Part shown: piece after piece, positions 12,141 to 21,739 of the stretch | Position numbering within the stretch: position 1 is the first letter of the stretch | How the letters are laid out: every line of letters begins with the position of its first letter | Source of the DNA: Octopus sinensis | Lineage: Eukaryota | Reading direction: 5' to 3' | DNA: 29,103 bases | NCBI RefSeq assembly: GCF_006345805.1 | Contig: NW_021832942.1 | Span: 1 to 29,103, forward strand | Position numbers and translations under genes: made by a program | The notes under the pieces: model-generated | Databases searched by the model: none | The model's input: the letters and a program-made list of their open reading frames with translations, nothing else | What the model was told of the DNA's origin: nothing

Positions 12141-12360
12141 TTTTACTTGTTTCAGTCATTTGATTGCGGCCATGTTGGAGCACCGCCTTTAATCGAGCAA
12201 CTCGACCCCGGGACTTATTCTTTGTGAGCCCAGTACTTATTCTATCGGTCTCTTTTGCCGAACCGCTAAGTGACAGGGACATAAACAACCAGCATCGGTT
12301 GTCAGGCAATGCTAGGGGGACAAACACAGACACACAAACACACACACATACACATACATA
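12141..12360 (-). mobile_element. SINE family 1, 3' half
   Basis: Same sequence as the 3' halves at 2088-3612. Confidence 0.88.
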
Positions 12361-12361
12361 C

Positions 12362-12431
<70 letters not shown>

Positions 12432-12624
12432 GGGAGAGAGAGAGAAGTAAATATATGGCACAATGAAGTACCGATATTTACTGGAAATAGCGAACGTAAT
12501 AATACGACGCTAATGTATAGCTTCACCGCGTATGTACTAGCAAAAATGCGTGTGTGCAACAAACTTGAAAAAATTGTCTTACCTCCAGGGAGAACATCTG
12601 AAAGATGAAATACCTAGAAAAGGA

Positions 12625-12706
12625 TAATAAGGGACCGGCGCCGGTTTCAGATTTTTCAAGATATGCCTGCCCACATATACTTGATCTATCTTCATCAGCC
12701 AAACAT
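12625..12706 (-). ncRNA. Type I hammerhead ribozyme motif (antisense to DCLK)
   Basis: CUGAUGA at 12698-12692, helix II AGAU/AUCU with a long extension, GAAA, palindromic helix III ACCGGCGCCGGU, GUC site (C17 at 12633). Helix I is weak in this copy (GG/CC, then mismatches). Confidence 0.65.
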
Positions 12707-13291
12707 ATACCACGACAACCTTTCAGATGTTACCACATTAATGCCATTACACTCGACTGAAACGCCGAAACGCTAACAGCACGAGAACGGTGAAGAAGTT
12801 TCAATAAATTAGTAATGCAATACTAGAGTATTGCTTCCAGTAAAAAGTAGCCCGTGAGGGGAAAATATACAAAGAAGTAAATATATGGCCCAACGAAGTA
12901 CCGATATTTACTGGAAATAGCGAACGTAATAATACGACGCTAATGTATAGCTTCACCGCGTATGTAATAGCAAAAATGCGTGTGTGCAACAAACTAGAAA
13001 AAATTGTCTTACCTCCAGGGAGAACATTTTTGCTATTACATACGCGGTGAAGCTATACATTAGCGTCGTATTATTACGTTCGCTATTTCAGTAAATATCG
13101 GTACTTCGTTGGGCCATATATTTACTTCTTTGTATATTTTTCCCTCACGGGCTATTCTTTACTGGAAAGCAATACTCTAGTATTGCATTACTAATTTATT
13201 GAAACTTCTTCACCGTTCTCGTGCTGTTAGCGTTTCGGCGTTTCAGTCGAGTGTAATGGCATTAAAGTGGTAACATCTGAAAGGTTGTCGT

Positions 13292-13381
13292 GGTATATGT
13301 TTGGCTGATGAAGATAGATCAAGTATATGTGGGCAGACATATCTTGAAAAATCTGAAACCTGCGCAGGTCCCACATTATCC
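13292..13381 (+). ncRNA. Type I hammerhead ribozyme with intact core (sense to DCLK pre-mRNA)
   Basis: CUGAUGA 13305-13311. Helix II AGAU(13312-15)/AUCU(13351-54) is extended by UCAAG/CUUGA and AUAUGU/ACAUAU with a GGGCAG loop. GAAA 13355-58. Palindromic helix III ACCUGCGCAGGU 13358-13369. GUC cleavage triplet 13368-13370. Bulged helix I AUGU(UU)GG/CCACAU. Confidence 0.78.
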
Positions 13382-13446
13382 TTTTCACCATCCTCGCAAT
13401 TTTTTCTAGTTTGTTGCACACACGCATTTTTGTTAGTACATACGCG

Positions 13447-14594
13447 GCAAAAGAGACCGATAGAATAAGTACTGGGCTTACAAAGAATAAGTCCCAGGGT
13501 CGATGCTGGTGTGTTTACGTCCCCGTCACTTAGCGGTTCGGCAAAAGAGACCGATAGAATAAGTACTGGGCTAACAAAGAATAAGTCCCAGGGTCGATGC
13601 TGGTGTGTTTACGTCCCCATCACTAAGCGGTTCGGCAAAAGAGACCGATAGAATAAGTACTGGGCTTACAAAGAATAAGTCCCGGGGTCGATGCTGGTGT
13701 GTTTACGTCCCCGTCACTTAGCGGTTCGGCAAAAGAGACCGATAGAATAAGTACTGGGCTTACAAAGAATAAGTCCCAGGGTCGATGCTGGTGTGTTTGC
13801 GTCCCCGTCACTTAGCGGTTCGGCAAAACAGACCGATAGAATAAGTACTGGGCTTACAAAGAATAAGTCCCAGGGTCGATGCTGGTGTGTTTACGTCCCC
13901 GTCACTTAGCGGTTCGGCAAAAGAGACCAATAGAATAAGTACTAGGCTTACAAAGAATAAGTCCCGGGGTCGATGCTGGTGTGTTTACGTCCCCGTCACT
14001 TAGCGGTTCGGCAAAAGAGACCGATAGAATAAGTACTGGGCTTACAAAGAATAAGTCCCGGGGTCGATGCTGGTGTATTTACGTCCCCGTCACTTAGCGG
14101 TTCGGCAAAAGAGACCGATAGAATAAGTACTGGGCTAACAAAGAATAAGTCCCAGGGTCGATGCTGGTGTGTTTACGTCCCCGTCACTTAGCGGTTCGGC
14201 AAAAGAGACCGATAGAATAAGTACTGGGCTTACAAAGAATAAGTCCCAGGGTCGATGCTGGTGTGTTTGCGTCCCCGTCACTTAGCGGTTCGGCAAAACA
14301 GACCGATAGAATAAGTACTGGGCTTACAAAGAATAAGTCCCAGGGTCGATGCTGGTGTGTTTACGTCCCCGTCACTTAGCGGTTCGGCAAAACAGACCGA
14401 TAGAATAAGTACTGGGCTTACAAAGAATAAGTCCCAGGGTCGATGCTGGTGTGTTTACGTCCCCGTCACTTAGCGGTTCGGCAAAAGAGACCGATAGAAT
14501 AAGTACTAGGCTTACAAAGAATAAGTCCCGGGGTCGATTTGCTCGGCTAAAGGCAGGCGGTGCTCCAGCATGGCCGCAGTGAAATGACTGAAAC
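13447..14594 (+). repeat. 94 bp minisatellite derived from the 3' region of SINE family 1 (11 full units plus a final unit running into the SINE end)
   Basis: Units start at 13447, 13541, 13635 and so on to 14481, exactly 94 bp apart and nearly identical. The last unit continues GGGGTCGATTTGCTCG...CATGGCCGCAGTGAAATGACTGAAAC. Confidence 0.95.
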
Positions 14595-14698
14595 GAATTT
14601 TTTTTTCATAAAAAAAATGGAATTGAAACAGTTTTACGTTTTTTATTGCTTTTTATTTAATTATATTTTATTTTTCGTTTTTTTGTTGTTTTTTGCAG

Positions 14699-14782
14699 TC
14701 GACTGCTCTCGATAAAGGGTCCAAGTACTTCCGGGGCCGCGGAGCCTTTACTGTGCACCCGAAACAGGACGAAGTCTTTTAA
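14699..14782 (+). CDS. DCLK: Doublecortin-like kinase, terminal coding exon
   Basis: Long T-rich tract and tttgcAG acceptor. Translates STALDKGSKYFRGRGAFTVHPKQDEVF* (TAA at 14780-14782). The start resembles vertebrate DCLK1 TTALDKERQVFRRR. Confidence 0.85.
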   Translation, partial: STALDKGSKYFRGRGAFTVHPKQDEVF

Positions 14783-14936
14783 AGCCACCAATGTTCCTTC
14801 CACATCTACTTTTATTGAATTTTCATTGAAACACACCTACAACAACAACACAACAACAACAACAAAAACAAGCACAAAGCTATTTGAATTCTCGGCGACT
14901 CCAGCAATAGCAAGAACACTAAAAAAAAAACTGCAG

Positions 14937-17546
14937 TGGATGCGCAATGGCCCGTGGTTAGGGCAGCGGACTCGAGGTCGGAGGATCGCGGTTTCGATTC
15001 CCAGACCGGGCGGGTGTGTGTTTATTGAGCGAAAACGCCTAAAAGCTCCACGAGGCTCCGGCAGGGGTCGGTGGCGACCCCTGTTGTACTCTTTCACCAC
15101 AACTTTCTCTCGCTCTTACTTCTGTTTCTGTTGTACCTGTATTTCAAAGAGCCAGCCTATATATATATACACATGTGGAGGCGCAATGGCCCAGTGGTTA
15201 GGGCAGCGGATTCGTGGTCGAAGGATCGCGGTTTCGATTCCCAGACCGGGCGTTGAGTGTGTTTATTGAGCGAAAACACCTAAAGGCTCCGCGAGGCTCC
15301 GGCAGGGGATTGTGGCGACCCCTGTTGTACTTTCAACACAACTTTCTCTCGCTCTTACTTCCTGTTTCTTGTTGTACCTGTTGTACCGGCGTTGTGTGTT
15401 TATTGAGCGAAAACGCCTAAAAGCTCCACGAGGCTCCGGCAGGGGGGTCGGTGGGACCCCTGTTGTACTCATTTGCCACAACTTTCTCTCACTCTCTCTT
15501 TCTGTCTTGGGTAACGTCCCGTCCTTCTGGGGTGGAGGTCACATACGCCACAGAAACCGGGAAACCCAGCCCATGAGCCCGGCTAGGCTTGAAATGGGCG
15601 AATTTATTTTGTGGAGGCGCAATGGCCCAGTGGTTAGGGCAGCGGATTCGTGGTCGAAGGATCGCGGTTTCGATTCCCAGACCGGGCGTTGAGTGTGTTT
15701 ATTGAGCGAAAACACCTAAAAGCTCCGCGAGGCTCCGGCAGGGGATTGTGGTGATCCTGTTGTACTCTTTCACCACAACTTTCTCTCACTCTTACTTCGT
15801 TTTCTGTTGTACCTGTATTTCAAAGGGCCGCCCTTGTCACTCTCTGTGTCACGCTGAATATCCCCGAGAACTACGTTAAGGGTACACGTGTCTGTGGAGT
15901 GCTCAGCCACTTACACGTTAATTTCACGAGGAAGCTGTTCCGTTGATTCGGATCAACTGGAACCCTCATCGTCGTAACCGACGGAGTGCTTGCTGGGGGT
16001 GGTGGTGATCCCTGCTGTACTCTTTCACCACAACTTTCTCTCACTCTTTCTTCCTGTTTCTGTTGTACTGTTGTACCGGGCGTTGTGAGTGTTTATTGAG
16101 CGAAAACACCTAAAAGCTCCACGAGGCTCCGGCAGGGGTCGGTGGCGACCCCTGTTGTACTCTTTCACCACAACTTTCTCTCACTCTTTCTTCCTGTTTC
16201 TGTTGTACCTGTTGTACCGGGCGTTGTGAGTGTTTATTGAGCGAAAACACCTAAAAGCTCCACGAGGCTCCGGCAGGGGTCGGTGGCGACCCCTGTTGTA
16301 CTCTTTCACCACAACTTTCTCTCACTCTTTCTTCCTGTTTCTGTTGTACCTGTATTTCGAAGGGCCGGCCTTGTCACTCTCTGTGTCACGCTGAATATCC
16401 CCGAGAACTCCGTTAAGGGTGCACGTGTCTGTGGAGTGCTCAGCCACTTACACGTTAATTTCACGTGCAGGCTGTTCCGTTGATTCGGATCAACCGGAAC
16501 TCTCATCGTCGTAACCGACGGAGTGCTCCTGCAGGGGATTGTGGGGACCCCTGTTGTACTCTTTCACCACAACTTTCTCTCACTCTTACTTCCTGTTTTG
16601 TTGTACCTGTATTTCAAAGGGCCGGCCTTGTCACTCTCTGTGTCACGCTGAATATCCCCGAGAACTCCGTTAAGGGTGCACGTGTCTGTGGAGTGCTCAG
16701 CCACTTACACGTTAATTTCACGTGCAGGCTGTTCCGTTGATTCGGATCAACCGGAACTCTCATCGTCGTAACCGACGGAGTGCTCCTGCAGGGGATTGTG
16801 GGGACCCCTGTTGTACTCTTTCACCACAACTTTCTCTCACTCTACTTCCTGTTTCTGTTGTACCTGTATTTCAAAGGGCCGGCCTTGTCACTCTCTGTGT
16901 CACGCTGAATATCCCCGAGAACTACGTTAAGGGTGCACGTGTCTGTGGAGTGCTCAGCCACTTACACGTTAATTTCACGAGCAGGCTGTTCCGTTGATTC
17001 GGATCAACGGAGCCCTCGTCGTCGTAACCGACGGAGTGCTTCAATTGAGCGAAAACGCCTAAAAGCTCTACGAGACTCCGGTAGGGGTCGGTGGCGACCC
17101 CTGTTGTACTCATTTGCCAGAACTTTTTCTCACTCTCTCTTTCTGTTTCTTGGGTAACGCTGAGGGGAGGGGGAACACATACGCCACAGAAACCGGGAAA
17201 CCGGGCCCACGAGCCCGGCTAGGCTTGAAAAGGGCGAAATTATTTTATGGAGGCGCAATGGCCCAGTGGTTAGGGCAGCGGACTTGTGGTCGGAGGATCG
17301 CGGTTTCGATTCCCAGACCGGGCGTTGTGTGTGTTTATTGAGCGAAAACACCTAAAAGCTCCACGAGGCTCCGGCAGGGGTCGGTGGCGACCCCCTGTTC
17401 TACTTTTTCGCCCCAACTTTCTCTCATACTTTCTTCCTGTTTCTTGGGTAACGCAGAGGGTGGGGGAACACATACGCCACAGAAACCGGGAAACCGGGCC
17501 CATGAGGGTTAGGGTTAGGCTAGGCTTGAAAAGGGCGCACAATAAA
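14937..17546 (+). mobile_element. Complex tandem cluster of tRNA-derived SINE family 2 with two alternative 3' tails
   Basis: Heads GGAGGCGCAATGGCCCAGTGGTTAGG...GGTTTCGATTCCC at about 14937, 15176, 15612 and 17248. A shared body is repeated many times. Tail A ends AACCGACGGAGTGCT (4 copies, two of them 257 bp apart). Tail B contains ACAGAAACCGGGAAACC...GGCTAGGCTTGAAA (3 copies). Confidence 0.82.
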
Positions 17547-17717
17547 ATCAGCAGCAATTGCTATAACAACAACAGCAACAAATGCAAGAACAAGAATTAA
17601 GACGATGACAACAGCTTCAACAATAATAATTAAAATATTCATCATGAAAAGTGACAACGGAAGAGAGGACGAAAAAACATTGATTTTCCTTCCTTCTTTT
17701 CTATATATTTTTTACTA

Positions 17718-18366
17718 CCCAGCGTCCAATTACTCCCTCCACAACACTAATCTCAAAAAGTCTTCTTGTGAACGTGACCTGGGTATTATTGTCGACAGAG
17801 ATTCGTGTTGGACAAAACACATTGCTAAAATTGCCAAGAAGGCCGAGGGTGTCTTGGCATCACTCACCAAGTCCTTTGTGAGCCGCTCTCCGACTATCTA
17901 TCTGCGGCTTTATATAGCTATGGTAAGATCTCACCTGCAATTTGCATCACCGGTCTGGAACCCCTTTCTTGCCCAGGATATCAATCGTCTGGAAGCCGTT
18001 CAGCGATGTGCAACCAAAAGAATACCCTCCATCAGGAATTTGCCATATTCTGAACGCCTTACTTCCCTGGGCATGGATACATTGAAACTCCGACGTCTGG
18101 CAGCTGACTTGGCAGACACCCATAAAATTATTAACCATCTTACAAACAATAACTCTGAGCACCTTTTCAAACTCCACCCATCTAACACCCGTGGTCATAT
18201 TTAGAAAGTCAGAAAACAGCACAGCTCCCATGACTTCAGGAAACATTTTTTCACGCTGAGAGTTGCTGAAGCATGGAACAAACTGCCGGCATCAGTTGTT
18301 AGTTATCGGAGCACTGCATCCTTCAAAACTTCCATGCTTCCTGAGATTCGCCAACACTACACCTGA
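17718..18366 (+). mobile_element. CR1-like LINE 3' fragment (post-RT C-terminus)
   Basis: ERDLGIIVD, HLQFASPVWNP, LEAVQRCATK, LKLRRLAADL, TRGH, FFTLRVAEAWNKLP. Premature TAG at 18202-18204 and natural TGA at 18364-18366. Confidence 0.88.
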
Positions 18367-19470
18367 TTTTGTCCCTTCCATACACACGCTGAAGCATGGA
18401 ACAAACTGCCGGCATCAGTTGTTAGTTGTCGGAGCACTGCATCCTTCAAAACTTCCATGCTTCCTGAGATTAGCCAACACTACACCTGATTTTCTCCGCT
18501 ACATACACACGCTGAAGCATGGAACAAACTGCCGGCATCAGTTGTTAGTTGTCGGAGCACTGCATCCTTCAAAACTTCCATGCTTCCTGAGATTCACCAA
18601 CACTACACTTGATTTTCTCCCATCCATACACACACAAGCATGGAACAAACTGCCGGCATCAGTTGTTAGTTGTCGGAGCACTGCATCCTTCAAAACTTCC
18701 ATGCTTTCTGAGATTCGCCAACACTACACCTGATCTTCTCCCCTCCATACTCACGCTGAAGCATGGAACAAAATGCCGGCATCAGTTGTTAGTTGTCGGA
18801 GCACTGCATCCTTCAAAACTTCCATGCTTCCTGAGATTCACCAACACTACACTTCATTTTCTCCCATCCATACACACACAAGCATGGAACAAACTGCCGG
18901 CATCAGTTGTTAGTTGTCGGAGCACTGCATCCTTCAAAACTTCCATGCTTCCTGAGATTCGCCAACACTACACCTGATCTTTCCCTCCATACTCACGCTG
19001 AAGCATGGAACAAAATGCCGGCATCAGTTGTTAGTTGTCGGAGCACTGCATCCTTCAAAACTTCCATGCTTCCTGAGATTCACCAACACTACACTTCATT
19101 TTCTCCCATCCATACACACACAAGCATGGAACAAACTGCCGGCATCAGTTGTTAGTTGTCGGAGCACTGCATCCTTCAAAACTTCCATGCTTCCTGAGAT
19201 TCGCCAACACTACACCTGATCTTCTCCCCTCCATACACACACTGAGGCATGGAACAAACTGCCGGTATCAGTTGTTAGTTGTCGGAGCACTGCATCCTTC
19301 AAAACGTCCATGCTTCCTGAGATTCGCCAACACTACACCTGATCTCTCCCCCCATCCACAACACACAAGCATGGAACAAACTGCCGGCATCAGTTGTTAG
19401 TTGTCGGAGCACTGCATCCTTCAAAACTTCCATGCTTCCTGAGATTCACCAACACTACACCTGATTTTCT
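18265..19470 (+). repeat. Ten tandem 121-123 bp copies of that LINE's 3' terminus
   Basis: GCATGGAACA recurs at 18271, 18394, 18517, 18638, 18761, 18882, 19003, 19124, 19247 and 19369. Confidence 0.95.
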
Positions 19471-19471
19471 C

Positions 19472-19866
19472 CATACCCCCTAGACGACGCCGTGGTGATC
19501 TCATTCTTGCTCACAACATCATAAGCGGAAAGTGTAACCTCTCGAAAGAGCTGTTCTTCACTCCTGATCCAGAGCGTAGGTTGCGGGGTCACTCCGAAAA
19601 GCTCTATCTGCGACGATCTCATCTCAGTCGAAGGAGAGGGTCTTTCTCCGTCCGGGTTGCGGATCCGTGGAACAAGCTTCCGGACGAGATGGTGAAGATG
19701 CTGACGACCGCTCGGTTCAAAGTCTCCCTTGACCAGAAATGACCTGAACTCTTTACAAGAACACCACCCTGTACATAACTCCATGTCCCCCCTACATGGC
19801 CTTGCTTTTTGCTTTTTGAGCCAAAAATGAACTAACTAACTAACTAACTAATTAACTAACTAATTA
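19472..19866 (+). mobile_element. Second CR1-like LINE 3' end with a (TAAC)n tail
   Basis: RRRRGDLILAHNIISG...RLRGHSEKL...SFSVRVADPWNKLP. A 3' hairpin CCATGT-ccccc(c)t-ACATGG is followed by AACTAACTAACT repeats. Confidence 0.85.
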
Positions 19867-20113
19867 CTACTACTACTAGTTACAGCAACATGAGAAGCCC
19901 TAGGAACAACTACCACCAAGACAATACCACTGATAGTACCAGTACTGCAAACAATACAACAACAAACACTAACAAGATTCCCGGATTTACTGATTTGTTT
20001 TATTGTTAATTAAAATGAATTTTTTTCTAATTCAATAAAACAATTTTTTTACTAGAAAATGTTTTTTCTTGGTTTTTTTTTTTTTTACTTATTTCTGTGT
20101 AGCAATAAAGTAC

Positions 20114-20311
20114 ATTACGGAGATGTACTTGCATAGCAAGTGACCTGGTCTGAGATCGTGTGCTGGAACGAAAATAATTGCAGCGTGGAAGGTGTTTATA
20201 AGCGATTTAAGAAACTCACAAAAACCGTTAGATTCACTTCAACATTTAAATTGAATTTGTTAAAATATTTTCGTCGCTTTCCGACCGCGACCTGTTCACT
20301 GACAAAGCTTC

Positions 20312-20371
<60 letters not shown>

Positions 20372-20550
20372 CATATATATATTACGGAGATGTACTTGCA
20401 TAGCAAGTACCTGATCTGATATCGTGTGCTGGAACGAAAACAATTTCATCATGGAAGGTGTTATAAGCATTTAAGAAACAAAACCGTTAGATGTCCAAAA
20501 TATTTTTCGTCGATTGAGACGGTGACCTGTTCACTGACAAAGCTTCATAT
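20114..20550 (+). repeat. Two direct copies of a roughly 200 bp unclassified repeat (element A) separated by (TA)n
   Basis: ATTACGGAGATGTACTTGCATAGCAAG...CTGTTCACTGACAAAGCTTCATAT at 20114-20316 and 20381-20550. Confidence 0.85.
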
Positions 20551-20577
20551 ATATATATAATATATATTATATTATAT

Positions 20578-20623
20578 GCCGTTGTTCTCTTAGAGAGAAT
20601 TAGTAATTTTCATATTCTAGATA

Positions 20624-20661
<38 letters not shown>

Positions 20662-20723
20662 TATATTATATTATATAATAGAAATATTAAAATTACTAAG
20701 TCTCTCTAAAAGAGAACAACGGC
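20578..20723. repeat. Short inverted repeat (about 43 bp arms) around (TA)n
   Basis: GCCGTTGTTCTCTTAGAGAGAATTAGTAATTTT versus AAAATTACTAAGTCTCTCTAAAAGAGAACAACGGC. Confidence 0.85.
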
Positions 20724-20735
20724 AGCGTTCCCGGA

Positions 20736-21169
20736 AAATAATAGTTATCGCCATACTAATATGGCATTCTTATAAAAATAAGAATAAAGCTGTCCGCTTA
20801 TTAGCTCCATGAGGCCATCGCCTTAAGTTAGCTATTTGATACACAAACTGTATCATAACCTTCGAACAAAGGAGGTCAGTCGCTCCACACTACTTGACCG
20901 GCAGCTACAGACGCGTTTTGGGGTATTGCCCCTTTTCAATGCAGCCTAGCCAGACCAGTAGTGTCGCTTCTGACAATCTCTGTTCGAAGGTTTTATTTAC
21001 CTAGCTTCGGTCAATTAGTGTGGAGCGACTGACCTCCCTTGTTCGAAGGTTATATGGATACAGTTTGTGTATCAAATAGCTAACTTAAGGCGATGGCCTC
21101 ATGGAGCTAATAAGCGGACAGCTTTATTCTTATTTTCATAAGAATGCCATATTAGTATGGCGATAACTA

Positions 21170-21175
<6 letters not shown>
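20736..21175. mobile_element. Foldback element (about 172 bp arms) with a hammerhead relic at the loop; probably Penelope-like pLTR derived
   Basis: Arms 20736-20907 and 21002-21175 are near-perfect reverse complements. The loop region carries a hammerhead motif on the minus strand. Confidence 0.65.
20904..20945 (-). ncRNA. Minimal type I hammerhead ribozyme, U3-A8 variant, with G12 changed to A
   Basis: The minus strand reads GCUGCA UUGAAAA GGGG-CAAUA-CCCC AAAA C-GC-GUC UGUAGC. Helix I has 6 bp, helix II has 4 GC bp, and helix III is the palindrome ACGCGU. Confidence 0.62.
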
Positions 21176-21209
<34 letters not shown>

Positions 21210-21213
<4 letters not shown>

Positions 21214-21739
21214 ACGAGTGGGACCTCTGAAAACTGTACGGAATCCCTCAGACAGGCCCGACTCGATCAGCGAATATTCCCGCCACGGAAACTCGTCGGG
21301 GAGAGGAGAGGAGAGAGACACAACCGCAGCAAGGCAACCGAGACACAGAGATACAACCGGAGAGAGGACACCAAAAGAGGCAAGGCAACAACTGGCAACA
21401 CTGGCTTACATTCAACAACTAGTTTATATGACAATCAATGGTTACAACATCAAAGCATTTAAGGCAAACAACAAATCAATACATCATACGGGTATACCAC
21501 AGATCAAAGCATTTAACAACATGCATGTAATAATATAACAGTCCGGAGACACAACAAGTCATATACAGTATTTCAAAGGTACACGTTACGTCACAGTCCA
21601 ATCAGAACCCTATAATCGATACATTATACAATGTTCGTATCACAACAATTCACGTTACAGTTCAAAGTTCCTTATCGTCTACATCAGAGTCCTTCTTTTT
21701 CTCTCTTCTTTTCTCTTTCTTTTCTTTTACATCGTAACA
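21210..21739 (-). mobile_element. Probable solo LTR (530 bp)
   Basis: Begins TGTTACG and ends CGTAACA (TG...CA with a 7 bp inverted repeat). No PBS, PPT or matching TSD seen. Orientation is tentative. Confidence 0.5.

Larger units (their letters stand above)
12443..13446. mobile_element. Hammerhead-bearing repeat element: 1.36 direct units of 430 bp followed by an inverted copy of about 420 bp (retrozyme or Penelope pLTR-like)
   Basis: 12443-12597 is repeated at 12873-13027 (period 430). 13026-13446 is the reverse complement of about 12526-12977 with one replaced segment and has its own 22 bp terminal direct repeat (period 400). Each unit carries a hammerhead motif. Confidence 0.7.

Noticed and set aside
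11439-12227. 262 aa ORF
   Set aside because: It reads through the ATCT/GTCT microsatellite, the antisense RTE fragment and a SINE.
13447-14594. CRISPR-like appearance of the regular 94 bp array, and likewise the 122 bp array at 18265-19470
   Set aside because: The units are wholly repeated with no unique spacers, derive from a SINE and a LINE, and lie in a eukaryotic context with no cas genes.
14937-17330. tRNA genes at the SINE heads
   Set aside because: A and B boxes are present, but I could not fold a full cloverleaf with an acceptor stem, and each head runs into a repeated SINE body.
17605-18204. 199 aa ORF as a host gene
   Set aside because: The N-terminal part is UTR-like AT-rich sequence and the rest is a CR1 LINE C-terminus.
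20290-20316. CTGACAAAGC in element A as a possible third hammerhead
   Set aside because: Position 8 is A with C3 (no 3-8 pair), and no GAAA, helix III or cleavage triplet follows.
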